Positions 39,062 through 48,917 of a stretch of DNA of 64,000 nucleotides are shown in pieces. The position numbers and the translations under genes are program-made. Location: positions 258,303 through 322,302 of the forward strand of contig JBBDYC010000009.1 of NCBI GenBank assembly GCA_040901985.1. The letters are read 5' to 3'. Source of the DNA: Gemmatimonadaceae bacterium. GTDB lineage: Bacteria; Gemmatimonadota; Gemmatimonadetes; Gemmatimonadales; Gemmatimonadaceae. The notes under the pieces are model-generated. The model saw nothing but the letters and a program-made list of their open reading frames with translations, did no database searches and had not been told where the DNA came from. Each line of letters begins with the position of its first letter. Position 1 is the stretch's first letter.

Positions 39062-40141
39062 CTATGGCGCCACCCTTGTCTTATTCCGTGACGCAAGGTC
39101 AATGACAAAATTGAGCGATTCACTCCTTACGTTGGGCGATTCGCCGGTATCCTTGAACTCGTGGTCGGGCCAAATCGGACTGATGTCTTGGATGATACGC
39201 GTCTTGGCGATTGCTCGGCCGAAGTCGTCCTGCCGGCGTTGCGCCGCTCGGCCAAAGAAATACGCTACCCCACCCGCTACAAGGTCAGCCACCTGCAACT
39301 GCGGAACTGCGTGAGACGCGGCAAAGTTGATTCCTGTCGCTCGAATCGGGAATGCGCTCTCCAACTGACCCAGCTTGAACGACCGCACGCTCGTGTCAGT
39401 CGCCATCAGCCGCTCTAAGCGCTCTTGGTCACGAGCAATAGGCTTTGATTCATCATGCACTATCTCAAAGTCCGCCTTGAGAAGTGCCGTCCATTGCGCA
39501 GCCAAGTCCACGAATGTTGGAATGGCTGGATCAATAGCAGTCAGGTCATCCACCTGGATTGCCTCAGCTGCAATTTCCTCGGTAGCAGCCAGCATGCTCA
39601 ACTCCGCATCGAACGGAGGGTGGGTGTTCTTCCTCCTCAGAATCTTAAGTTGATCGTAGAAAGCCTTGATGGTCTCGGGGTTAGGTTCACGCACCCACCT
39701 CACGAAGCGCTTCTGCAATTCCGCATAGCGCTCAACCCCACAGAATGGACCCGTCGTGGCGTGAACGAGGTTGGCGAGTCCGAGGTTTTGTCCGCTTCTA
39801 TATAGGTCGTATCCGAGTTGATGGCACAGTGGCTCAATGAGGAGGTCGACGATTTTTGTGGTAACAAGAAATGACTTGTGAATCAGGGCGACCTTGACGT
39901 GCTCTCGGTTCCAAATCTCGTGGTCAAATAGGCGTAGAAGCGCGCGCTTCCCCTCTTTTGAGTTCTTGAGCGCGGAGAACTTCGCTTCTACCGAACTTGC
40001 CCCGAGAAGAGTCGTCAGCATATCCATCGCGACATCTCTTTCGAGTCGTACGGAAGCGAGCGTAAACACTGGCTGGCTTGGATCCAGCAGATTCTGTCCC
40101 GTATTTCCGGATTCGTCGAACGCGACGAGCGTTGGGTGCAT
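39062..40141 (-). CDS. DUF3800-family protein
   Basis: VAFDESGNTG, VHDE, LQVADLVAG; start at ATG 40141. Confidence 0.8.
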   Translation of the reverse strand: MHPTLVAFDESGNTGQNLLDPSQPVFTLASVRLERDVAMDMLTTLLGASSVEAKFSALKNSKEGKRALLRLFDHEIWNREHVKVALIHKSFLVTTKIVDLLIEPLCHQLGYDLYRSGQNLGLANLVHATTGPFCGVERYAELQKRFVRWVREPNPETIKAFYDQLKILRRKNTHPPFDAELSMLAATEEIAAEAIQVDDLTAIDPAIPTFVDLAAQWTALLKADFEIVHDESKPIARDQERLERLMATDTSVRSFKLGQLESAFPIRATGINFAASHAVPQLQVADLVAGGVAYFFGRAAQRRQDDFGRAIAKTRIIQDISPIWPDHEFKDTGESPNVRSESLNFVIDLASRNKTRVAP

Positions 40142-40266
40142 ATCGAAGAGTACCCACAGGCCAGCGATTCGTCGACGCCTGGGGCAGAAGCGAAGGTGCG
40201 CGCGCCCGCAGCCGGCGCAACTGACGCCCTCTCCACTACCGTGCCCCGCACGAACAGAATGTGGAG

Positions 40267-41460
40267 ATGCCTCCAAGAGCCAACCCCATCACGTATTTAG
40301 GACGCACCAACACTGCGCGGAACGATCGGACATTTGGCATTCGACGTCGCGACCGCCACAGCCATATCGCTGTAGTCGGGAAGACTGGCACAGGCAAATC
40401 GACACTGTTGGAGTCGATCGTGTTGCAGGATGCCGTCGCTGGTGACGGCTGCGCGCTTCTCGATCCGCACGGAGACCTCGTGCGAAACGTTCTCGCACGC
40501 CTCCCAGACAGTGCGCGCCCGCGCCTTGTTCTCCTGGACGCGACTGACCCTGCGGCGTCAATCGGATTCAATCCGCTCGCCCCAACCTCTCCAGATCGCC
40601 GGTCACTTGTGGCCGCCGGAATCGTCGAGGTGTTTAAGAAGCTCTGGAGTGAAGACTGGGGGCCGCGGCTTGAGCACCTGTTGAGGAACGTGGTTCTCAC
40701 GCTGCTCGACAGCCCCAGTTCCACATTCGCCGACATCCCCCGTCTCATCGCAGACAGGACGTTCCGTGCTCAGCTCGTGGCGGATGTCAGGGACGACATA
40801 GTGCGGAGTTTCTGGACCGACGAGTTCGACCGATACTCCCCGCCATTCCGGGCCGTAGTCGTGGCACCCCTTCAGAACAAGCTCGGCGCCCTCCTCACCG
40901 ACCCCACCGTTCGCAGGATTCTGGTTGAACCTGTCCGTGAAATCGACCTCCGTGAGGTGATGGACCAAGGAAAGATCCTTCTAGTGAACCTGGACAAGGG
41001 GCAGATCGGCGAAGGGCCTTCGGCCACACTCGGATCATTTCTGGTCTCGCACTTGGCCCTCGCGGCGGTGCAGCGAAGCAACATGCCGGAAGGGGAACGA
41101 AGGGACTTCGCGATAGTGCTTGACGAATTCCAGACTTTCACGACGCTTTCTCTCGCGACGATGCTTGCGGAACTCAGGAAGTTCCGGGTTGGAATGGTGT
41201 TGGCAAACCAGCATCTGTCGCAGTTGGATCCGGCCATCCGCGATGCAGTCTTCGGGAACGCCGGCACGGTCATCTCGTTCCGGGTCGGCGGGGCAGACGC
41301 GGCATTCCTGGCCCGAGAGTTCGCCCCAACGTTCGCCGCCGAGGACCTGATCTCCCTGCCCCGGTATCACATCTACATTCGCCTGCTCGTGGACGGTGAC
41401 ACCGCCCGGCCGTTCTCAGCCACTACCCTGCCCCACCCGCCTAGCCAAGGAGGTCGGTGA
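40267..41460 (+). CDS. VirD4/TrwB-like (type IV coupling/HerA family) ATPase
   Basis: GKTGTGKS, LDPHGD, VLDEFQ, LRKFRV..LANQ. Confidence 0.85.
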   Translation: MPPRANPITYLGRTNTARNDRTFGIRRRDRHSHIAVVGKTGTGKSTLLESIVLQDAVAGDGCALLDPHGDLVRNVLARLPDSARPRLVLLDATDPAASIGFNPLAPTSPDRRSLVAAGIVEVFKKLWSEDWGPRLEHLLRNVVLTLLDSPSSTFADIPRLIADRTFRAQLVADVRDDIVRSFWTDEFDRYSPPFRAVVVAPLQNKLGALLTDPTVRRILVEPVREIDLREVMDQGKILLVNLDKGQIGEGPSATLGSFLVSHLALAAVQRSNMPEGERRDFAIVLDEFQTFTTLSLATMLAELRKFRVGMVLANQHLSQLDPAIRDAVFGNAGTVISFRVGGADAAFLAREFAPTFAAEDLISLPRYHIYIRLLVDGDTARPFSATTLPHPPSQGGR

Positions 41461-41764
41461 TCTCGCGACGGCGACGAGCGCGAATCTGCGGGCGCTCGTC
41501 CTCCGCGATATGCGCCCGAAGCAAGTCGATGGCCGCGTTGACGTCATCGCGCCGAACCCGCGCGACACGCTTCCCACGCGACCGAGAGTACCAAGTCACA
41601 AGCTTCCCGCGGGTCGCTGGCTGAGGCGTCCCTCCTTCGAGGAAGCTCCGCAATCCGCTGAAGCTCATAGGGATCTCGTCCGCCACCTGCCGGAGCGAGG
41701 TGCTATCTACGCTCCGACGGACAGCCTTCCGGACAGTATCCAGCCCAAACCGAGAATCTGTCAT
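41441..41764 (-). CDS. Small HTH-like protein
   Basis: SLRQVADEIPMSFSGLRSFLEG. Confidence 0.6.
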   Translation of the reverse strand: MTDSRFGLDTVRKAVRRSVDSTSLRQVADEIPMSFSGLRSFLEGGTPQPATRGKLVTWYSRSRGKRVARVRRDDVNAAIDLLRAHIAEDERPQIRARRRREITDLLG

Positions 41765-41893
41765 TGACGGATTCTCCGGCCGGACTTACCTTCTGTGCGA
41801 AATCTTGTGCGAAATAGGTCGGTACACTCGTGAACTTATCCTCACGCACCGGCCAAGCGCAACTGATCGTCCACCTCTTTTCATGGAGCCCCG

Positions 41894-42397
41894 ATGATTC
41901 GGCAGTCAACGATCGCCGCACTCGTGCTGGTAGCACTCTGTACGAGGATTGGTGCGACAAGCGCCTCGGCACAGGCAACCCCGCAGCCGGCACCAAGCGG
42001 AGATGCACTTGCACGCTATGGGCTGGAGAAGAAGGACGAGGCTGTCGCCGCCCTTATCGAGGCCGTGATTCCAGTGCTCGGACACCATTACGCCGGCGAC
42101 GCCAGCCGAGGCGTGAAGCCGTTGCTGGTTTCAGGCAGCGGGCTGCTCCTCGCAATCGTTGGAGCCAGTTCTGGCTGTCAATCGGAGTTCGGCGGCACCT
42201 GCTTGGAGCCCGGCAACCCGAGTATGGTCGCCCTCGGGCTGCTCCTGTACACGGGTGGTCGCATCTGGGGCGTGGTATCCGCATACAACACAGCATCCGA
42301 GCACAACAGGGCTTTGCGCGAACGCTTGAGACTGTCGCTCGATATCGGCAGACAACCCGGCACCGTCGGTGTGCGATTCACGATCGCGACCAACTAG
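41894..42397 (+). CDS. Hypothetical exported/membrane protein
   Basis: GGAG RBS, signal peptide, hydrophobic hairpin. Confidence 0.6.
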   Translation: MIRQSTIAALVLVALCTRIGATSASAQATPQPAPSGDALARYGLEKKDEAVAALIEAVIPVLGHHYAGDASRGVKPLLVSGSGLLLAIVGASSGCQSEFGGTCLEPGNPSMVALGLLLYTGGRIWGVVSAYNTASEHNRALRERLRLSLDIGRQPGTVGVRFTIATN

Positions 42398-42411
42398 CCG
42401 GGAGCCGACCA

Positions 42412-43545
42412 ATGCCAACACGCATTCTTCACCGCGGTGTGCGAGGCCGCGCACTACGGCTTCTGGTTTTTGCCTTCGCGCTTCCGGCCGTTGTGGCGTG
42501 TAGCGGAGAAGCTTCGTCGGGGCCACCTGCTCCGCCGCCTCCGACTCAAGTAGCAAGTGTCGTGATCAGTCCGCCGGGCGCGGCGATCTTCGCGACGGGC
42601 ACTCAGCAGCTTACGGCATCGGCCAGGACTACCGGGGGCAGCGAGGTAGCTGGAAGGACATTCACGTGGTCCACCGACGCGGCACACGTAGCCAAGGTGT
42701 CCGCGGCCGGCGCGGTGACTGCCACGGGCGTTGGAACGGCTTTCATCAGAGCCGTTGACCAAGGCAGCGGGATAAGCCGGAGCGTTGAGGTCGTGGTCAG
42801 CGCACCACCACGGCCTCCCGGATCCCTGCTTTCAATCGGTATCGATTCCATCCTGCAGTTTGGCAGCTGGGTCTATGTAAACTCGCTCATCGTGATCGAC
42901 ACGAGTGCAACCGGCAAGGACTACCGCATAAGCATCATTCGGAAACCCGATGTGCCGTTCGTTTCTCCCATCTCGCGCGCGTCCTTTCCCCTCACGAGCG
43001 CCATCGCTGAGTGCCCAAATGGGGCAAGATATCTCAGCAACATCGCTGACGGCACGAACTCCCTGCAGCTTTGGACAATCGACGATCAGACGGCCTTTGC
43101 CACATCACTCGGGACGCTGAGCATCGGGTCTTCGTCGGTCTCGAGTATGGTGTGTGATGCCACCAACTCCCTGCTCGTCGTCGGCAACTTTGCAGGCTTT
43201 GGTACGTTGTTCCGCGTCAACCCGGTGACGCGACAGGTTACGACGATCAAGTTGATCGACGAGACCTTCTGGGGCATCGCGAGATCCCCGGCCGATGTCT
43301 TCTACGCGACGGTCAGCGATCCAATCGCATCGAACCACGAACCTCAACTATTCGTCAGTATCAATCCGAGTACCGGTGTTTACGCGCCTGTCGGTGACGG
43401 ACAACTGCGAGAGTTCTTTCCAATCAGTCAGATGGCGTTTCGCGGCGATCGAATCCTGGGTATCTCCTACTTTGGTGACGAGCTGGTCGAGATTAACGCG
43501 GCCACGGGCGCGGTCACGGTTCTTCGAGCCCTCACAGTACGGTAG
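42412..43545 (+). CDS. Lipoprotein with Ig-like (Big_2) domain and propeller-like C-terminus
   Basis: Lipobox VVAC; VASVVISP..TWST..VAKVSAAGAVTA. Confidence 0.7.
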   Translation: MPTRILHRGVRGRALRLLVFAFALPAVVACSGEASSGPPAPPPPTQVASVVISPPGAAIFATGTQQLTASARTTGGSEVAGRTFTWSTDAAHVAKVSAAGAVTATGVGTAFIRAVDQGSGISRSVEVVVSAPPRPPGSLLSIGIDSILQFGSWVYVNSLIVIDTSATGKDYRISIIRKPDVPFVSPISRASFPLTSAIAECPNGARYLSNIADGTNSLQLWTIDDQTAFATSLGTLSIGSSSVSSMVCDATNSLLVVGNFAGFGTLFRVNPVTRQVTTIKLIDETFWGIARSPADVFYATVSDPIASNHEPQLFVSINPSTGVYAPVGDGQLREFFPISQMAFRGDRILGISYFGDELVEINAATGAVTVLRALTVR

Positions 43546-43565
43546 TTGGCCTAGCCGAACGTCCT

Positions 43566-43600
43566 GAACCGCCGGCCCGCCTGGCCGGCGGTTCTTTTTT
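43566..43600 (+). terminator. Intrinsic terminator
   Basis: gaaccgccggcc-cgcct-ggccggcggttc-tttttt. Confidence 0.8.
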
Positions 43601-43677
43601 CGGTCTACGCCGCTCCTTCCGCTGGCACAGAATCGGAGTTTAGTTATGTTGTCCGATTCTACCAAAACGGAGGCACC

Positions 43678-44169
43678 GTGGCGCAGGCGCTCCAGATTGT
43701 TTCGCACTGGCATCACTCAGTTGAGAACCTCACCGCGTCTTCACTCGACTTCTACAAGGAGATCGAGAAAGCGCTCACAGCGAAGAAGGTTGACGTCCGA
43801 ACCGAGCGGGTAACGTGGCGCGAGGGTGGCCTCTTCTCCAACAAGCGCGAGTACCTGCGAGTCACATACGACCGTTTTGTATTTGATATTGGCGCCTCAC
43901 CATTCGGCACGGATTTCTTCTTCTCGTGGTGGCTGGGGACCTATGCGAGCCCTCTAGTTTCATTGCCGGTCATCGGCTTTTTGTATAGCCGTCTCGCGAA
44001 GCCCAACACGTACTACTCCGAGGACACGCGCGTGATGTTCGAGGAGACCATTCATCGCGTTGTTCTCGATATCGTGAGCGGCATCCTGACGCTGAACAAG
44101 ATGACGCCACTCACGCCGACAGAGCGGGTCTCGTTGAAGCACAAGCAGCTCGCCAGCTTCTCTTCTTGA
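43678..44169 (+). CDS. Hypothetical protein
   Basis: GGAGG RBS, 163-aa ORF. Confidence 0.7.
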   Translation: MAQALQIVSHWHHSVENLTASSLDFYKEIEKALTAKKVDVRTERVTWREGGLFSNKREYLRVTYDRFVFDIGASPFGTDFFFSWWLGTYASPLVSLPVIGFLYSRLAKPNTYYSEDTRVMFEETIHRVVLDIVSGILTLNKMTPLTPTERVSLKHKQLASFSS

Positions 44170-44189
44170 GCGACGGGTAGAGGTCCACT

Positions 44190-47100
44190 GTGCACCCTGA
44201 CCGCCTTCTCCGCCGATTCGACGCGTGGGAGGCGCGAACGCGCGGCCACCGCTCGTGGCCGGAGTGCGTATCGCTAGAACCGAGGTATACACCTCTTCTC
44301 GGGAAGCACAGAATCAAACGCGGCATCGTTGATGATGCGCGCAGACCGGGACTGCTTGAGCGACTCCGCGGCCCAACGCCAAAGACCGCCGAGAAGTCGG
44401 TGCGCGATCAGGCAGAGAGATCCGTTCCACAACAACGGTCAGGAGATCTATCGGCATTTCAGGTCCTGACCAACGAACGGCAGTCTCCGCCGATTGCCTT
44501 CGGCAGTGCCCTGATGCGTTCCCTGTCGAGCATCTCGCGACACCTCAGCTTCGAACTCGTTGCCCTCTCGGATCGGATTGTCCCGCAGTTTGTCTGTGAC
44601 GCAGACGACCGGCCGGTCGTACGCGGGTCGCTCCGCGTGCACTCCCAGGACACGAAGATTCTTGAGCGCCCGGACCTGCTGCGCGAAGAGATCGAGAAAC
44701 GCGATGGGTTCGGCGTCATCCAGCACTTTGGGCTCCGCAACCGGATCTTCTGGCCGCTTCGCACAGAGAGCCGCCTCGACCCGGATCCGTTGACGGATCT
44801 CGTTGCCAGCCTCGACGACTTGTCGCCTGAGGAGCTGGCGGTTGTTCAAGTGCTCTTTGCGCCGGCGCGTATGCCGTGGAAGACTGACCTGCTGGAGTTT
44901 GTCGAAGGCATCGAGGATGTCGACCACGTCCTGCCTCTCGTGCGACTCAAGTTCGCCGAGCCGACATTTGCGACCGTGGTACGCGTGGCGGTGATTGCGC
45001 AGAACGAGCGTTTGGCCGTTGCGAGGGCCTCCCGTGTGGCGAATGCGCTTGTCACGACAACGCGATCTGAAGGCAACGAGCTGGTTCCGATCGACAGCTC
45101 GAAGGTCGCGACGGAGGACTGGGTTCACGATCTCCTTGAGCGACAGACGCACCATCACGGGATGCTCCTCTCGCTCCCCGAACTCCTCACCCTGGTCCAC
45201 ATACCGGGTGGAATCCGATCTGAACGACTCGTCAGGCAGGGTGCCCGCACCAAAGCGGCTCCTGCTCGCACGAGGGCGGGAGCGCTCCTCCTCGGCACGA
45301 ACGAGCACGACGGCGAGACCAATCCTGTCCACCTCTCGATCGAGGAGAGGATGCGGCACACGTACGTCATCGGAGCCAGCGGGACCGGCAAGAGCACGTT
45401 GCTCCTTCAGATGGCGCTCCAGGATCTCGCGGCAGGACACGGATTGGCGGTCCTCGATCCGCACGGCGACCTGATTGACGATCTGCTGGCTCGGATGCCG
45501 GAGAACCGGATAGCAGACGTCGTGCTCTTCGACCCCACGGACGAGGCCTATCCTGTCGGATTCAATATCCTGAACGCGCATTCGGAACTCGAACGGACCC
45601 TTCTATCGTCCGACCTGGTCTCCGTCTTCCGTAGGCTCTCCACCTCATTTGGCGACCAGATGGCCGCCGTGCTCGGCAACGCGGTGCTTGCGTTCCTTGA
45701 GCATCCGGAGGGCGGCACCCTCATCGATCTTCGACGCTTCTTGATTGATAAGAGCTTCCGGGCGCGATTCCTCGAGGGCGTCCAGGACGAGCAGGTCGTC
45801 TCCTACTGGCAGGAGGAGTATCCGCTATTGAAGGGGCTTCCGCACGCCCCACTCCTCACACGGCTCAACACCTTTCTGCGACCCAAGCTCATTCGCCACA
45901 TGGTGGCGCAGAAGGACGATCGATTGGACATGCGGGCCATCATGGATGGCAGGAAGATACTGCTGGCGAGACTGGCGCAAGGTGGCATCGGCGAGGAGAA
46001 CGCGCATCTCCTAGGCTCGCTCCTTGTGGCGCGAATCGCGCAAGCCGCGATGAGTAGGCAGGAAACGGCGGCAGCCAATCGCACTCCCTTCTTCACGTAC
46101 ATTGACGAGTTTCATCACTTCGTCACTCCGTCGATCGCCGCCATCCTATCAGGTGCCCGCAAGTACGGGCTCGGGCTGACCCTGGCTCATCAGGAGATGC
46201 GTCAGCTCAAGGTGAGAAGCGAAGAGGTAGCGAGTGCCGTGTTGTCCAACGCCGCCACACGCATCGCCTTTCGTGTTGGCGAGCAGGACGCCAAGACACT
46301 GGGTGAGGGGCTTTCATTTTTCGAATCGCGCGACATTCAGAATCTCGGTATTGGCGAGGCGATCGTGCGCCTTGAGCGCCCTGATCAGGACTTCAATCTG
46401 CGCACTCCGCCGGTCAAACCGATTGACCATACCGCGGCCGATGGCCGGCGCTCTGCCGTTCGCGACGTATCGAGAAATCGATATGGGCAGCCGAAAAGCG
46501 AGGTCGAGGCCGTACTTCGGTCGACACAAACGCAGACGACGCTTGAGGAGAGAGTTGCTCCCCGAGCCACGCGAGGAGGGCGACGGGAATCGCCGCAAGG
46601 GAGCCCCGCACCTATCCAGTCAGTAGGGGCAGCCGACCGACTACCGGGCCGCGGCGGGCCGCAGCACAAGTACCTGCAGTCGCTCGTTCGCAAACTGGCG
46701 GAGGACCGTGGATTCATTGCGACGATTGAGAAACGAGTGCTCGACGGGCACGGCCACGTGGACGTGATGCTGGAGCGTGATGGCCTGACGGTGGGTTGTG
46801 AGATTTCAGTAACGACGGACGAGGCGCACGAGGCAAATAATCTCTCGAAATGTTTGGCGGCTGGCTTCGACCACGTGGTGCTTCTTTGTTCGGACGAACG
46901 CCAGTTGGCGAACGTAAGAGCGCTTCTTGATCCAAGCATTGGAGGCGATGTCCGCTATCTCACCCCGGAACGCCTGATTCTTTTCCTTGACGAGTTGGTT
47001 GGTGCCGGCAATCGGCACACTAGCATCTCTCGCCAGTCGGCGGTACCCGCCCCCGCGCAGGCAACGAGGAAGCTGCGGTCAGCGGAGGACACGGCGTCAC

Positions 47101-47279
47101 GCCTGAGCATGAAGCCCCAGACACTCGCGAAGATGCGCTGGAGTGGAGACTCGCCGCCATTCATCAAAATCGGCAGGCGTGTCTTCTACGACGATTTCGA
47201 GGTGGATGCGTGGGTTGCGCTGCGTCGGCGCCGTTCAACGTCTGACCCTGGCCAAATCTCGCAGGATCCGCGAACCTGA
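44190..47279 (+). CDS. VirD4/TrwB-like ATPase fused to a PD-(D/E)xK-like domain and an excisionase-type HTH
   Basis: GASGTGKS, LDPHGD, YIDEFH; HVDVML..GCEIS; AEDTASRLSMKPQTLAKMRWSGDSPPFIKIGRRVFY. Confidence 0.8.
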   Translation: MHPDRLLRRFDAWEARTRGHRSWPECVSLEPRYTPLLGKHRIKRGIVDDARRPGLLERLRGPTPKTAEKSVRDQAERSVPQQRSGDLSAFQVLTNERQSPPIAFGSALMRSLSSISRHLSFELVALSDRIVPQFVCDADDRPVVRGSLRVHSQDTKILERPDLLREEIEKRDGFGVIQHFGLRNRIFWPLRTESRLDPDPLTDLVASLDDLSPEELAVVQVLFAPARMPWKTDLLEFVEGIEDVDHVLPLVRLKFAEPTFATVVRVAVIAQNERLAVARASRVANALVTTTRSEGNELVPIDSSKVATEDWVHDLLERQTHHHGMLLSLPELLTLVHIPGGIRSERLVRQGARTKAAPARTRAGALLLGTNEHDGETNPVHLSIEERMRHTYVIGASGTGKSTLLLQMALQDLAAGHGLAVLDPHGDLIDDLLARMPENRIADVVLFDPTDEAYPVGFNILNAHSELERTLLSSDLVSVFRRLSTSFGDQMAAVLGNAVLAFLEHPEGGTLIDLRRFLIDKSFRARFLEGVQDEQVVSYWQEEYPLLKGLPHAPLLTRLNTFLRPKLIRHMVAQKDDRLDMRAIMDGRKILLARLAQGGIGEENAHLLGSLLVARIAQAAMSRQETAAANRTPFFTYIDEFHHFVTPSIAAILSGARKYGLGLTLAHQEMRQLKVRSEEVASAVLSNAATRIAFRVGEQDAKTLGEGLSFFESRDIQNLGIGEAIVRLERPDQDFNLRTPPVKPIDHTAADGRRSAVRDVSRNRYGQPKSEVEAVLRSTQTQTTLEERVAPRATRGGRRESPQGSPAPIQSVGAADRLPGRGGPQHKYLQSLVRKLAEDRGFIATIEKRVLDGHGHVDVMLERDGLTVGCEISVTTDEAHEANNLSKCLAAGFDHVVLLCSDERQLANVRALLDPSIGGDVRYLTPERLILFLDELVGAGNRHTSISRQSAVPAPAQATRKLRSAEDTASRLSMKPQTLAKMRWSGDSPPFIKIGRRVFYDDFEVDAWVALRRRRSTSDPGQISQDPRT

Positions 47280-47419
47280 AGATTGGCTCCTCAGAGTTTA
47301 GACAGCCCTGCGACGGCATTTCGCAGTCTGGACGCGACGGGCATCTCATCGGGAATCGTGCAAACCAACCGGACCAGTGACGCAATTTCGGCGCTCACGT
47401 CGCGCGCGCTGGGGGAGTC

Positions 47420-47846
47420 TTGCCTGCCCGCAACTCGCCGCTCGACCCGCGCATTGACCGACTTAGCCGCGGCAGGATGGGGGCGCGTCCCTGTCAGGTA
47501 CGTGAAGAGGCCGCTCCGGACGGGTCGTGTCTGCATCCTTCGAACCCAGCGCGGCAACCCGTCTATTGCTTGCGCTTCGGCGCCGAGGTTACAAACTATC
47601 GTGCGCTCGTCGCTTCTGTCCTTCGCGCGATGCTCGCCATTCGAGAACGCCTCACCGCTTCAAGGAAATGGGACGCTACCGCTCGATTGGCGTGTGGTAA
47701 CCGCGCGGCACTTTCGTCCACTGATGAAGGAGACCGACATTCGCACGACGTTGAACACCTACGTGCACGACGATGAGGGAGTGCAGGACGGTACGGCCGA
47801 CTGTCTCGAGCAGATGTTTAGCGTGGGCAGGGTGGCGACATCCTGA
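47420..47846 (+). pseudogene. Probable decayed tyrosine integrase C-terminus
   Basis: RTQRGNP and LMKETDIRTTLNTYVH resemble the LxxHxDIxTTxxxYxH box; boundaries uncertain. Confidence 0.4.
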
Positions 47847-47920
47847 GCGACAGACGTAGTCGTGCTCGCTGTCGGCCCTCCGGACTGCTTCGGCGATTCG
47901 GGGTGCCGATTCGCTGCGCA

Positions 47921-48910
47921 TCAGCGTCCGACGAACACGGCCTGTCGGCTCACAACTGCGTGATAGGCGAGACAGCCGTCGACGAGTAGCCGCACTTCGA
48001 CACGAGACGGCAACCCAACGCACGCCTTCGACCAGATCGGGCTGAGGTTCTTGCGCTTCGCCTCCTCGACCAACACGACGCCTGTCTCAGCGTCAGTGAT
48101 CGTCAGCACGAAATCGTACTCGAATCCCCCGGGGCGTGCGACCTCGAACTGCACGGCATCGTCGAGTAGCCGGACTTCCTTCACGAGATGCCCATTGTGT
48201 CGATAGAAGATGTCCCTACCGACGGGGGAGAGAGTGACCATTGCGGCCCACTGCGGCGCATCGGCGCCCAGCAGATGCAGCAGGGTCTCTTGTTCCGCGG
48301 CGGTGCGACAAACGATTGACTTCAACTGCCCTAAGTCGAGTTCACGTTCAACGAACACTTCGGCGTGTCGGCGGAAGATGATCTCGCCCTTCACCAACGG
48401 CGCCGTGATGTATCCGTCGTGATACACCTCCGCCATCGGGAGAGACGCCAAGAACGCGGCATCGTCGCCTCTCCGGTACTCTCCAGCTCGTGCCAAGCTG
48501 CCGTCCGACGCCGAAACGCCTGGACGGCAGAGCAGCCCCTTGAGGTCGAACAGGAGGAAGACCGGCACGGGACAGTGCTCCCCGGTTAAGGGGAGCTGCG
48601 CGCGTGCCTTAACGCCTTCCATCCGATACTGCGTCGGCGTGAGCGGGCGGAAATAGAGCCGCACAACGTTCTGCGCATGCGCCGACTGCGCGATGACCTG
48701 TTGATTCGCCGCGTCGCGGTGCGGGATGCGTTGCCGATCGCATTCCGCTCGGCTCAGTAGCTTGCCGGTGCGTAGGATCGACGCGACAGCTTGAATGTCG
48801 TCGAAGCGAAATGCGCACTTCGTCCACCATTGACGGCGTGCCCCGAGTGCGAGCGCCGTCGGCAGTCCGTCGACCCAAGCTTCAATCGCGTGCGCGTCTG
48901 GCTTCCGCAC
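47921..48910 (-). CDS. darT: DarT ssDNA ADP-ribosyltransferase toxin (DUF4433) with C-terminal extension
   Basis: SILRTGKLLSR, VRLYFRPLTPTQY, SDG, RRHAEVFV. Confidence 0.8.
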   Translation of the reverse strand: MRKPDAHAIEAWVDGLPTALALGARRQWWTKCAFRFDDIQAVASILRTGKLLSRAECDRQRIPHRDAANQQVIAQSAHAQNVVRLYFRPLTPTQYRMEGVKARAQLPLTGEHCPVPVFLLFDLKGLLCRPGVSASDGSLARAGEYRRGDDAAFLASLPMAEVYHDGYITAPLVKGEIIFRRHAEVFVERELDLGQLKSIVCRTAAEQETLLHLLGADAPQWAAMVTLSPVGRDIFYRHNGHLVKEVRLLDDAVQFEVARPGGFEYDFVLTITDAETGVVLVEEAKRKNLSPIWSKACVGLPSRVEVRLLVDGCLAYHAVVSRQAVFVGR

Positions 48911-48917
48911 CGGCGGA

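Noticed and set aside
40261..47279. Complete conjugative ICE
   Set aside because: No recognisable relaxase, VirB4 or mating-pair genes.
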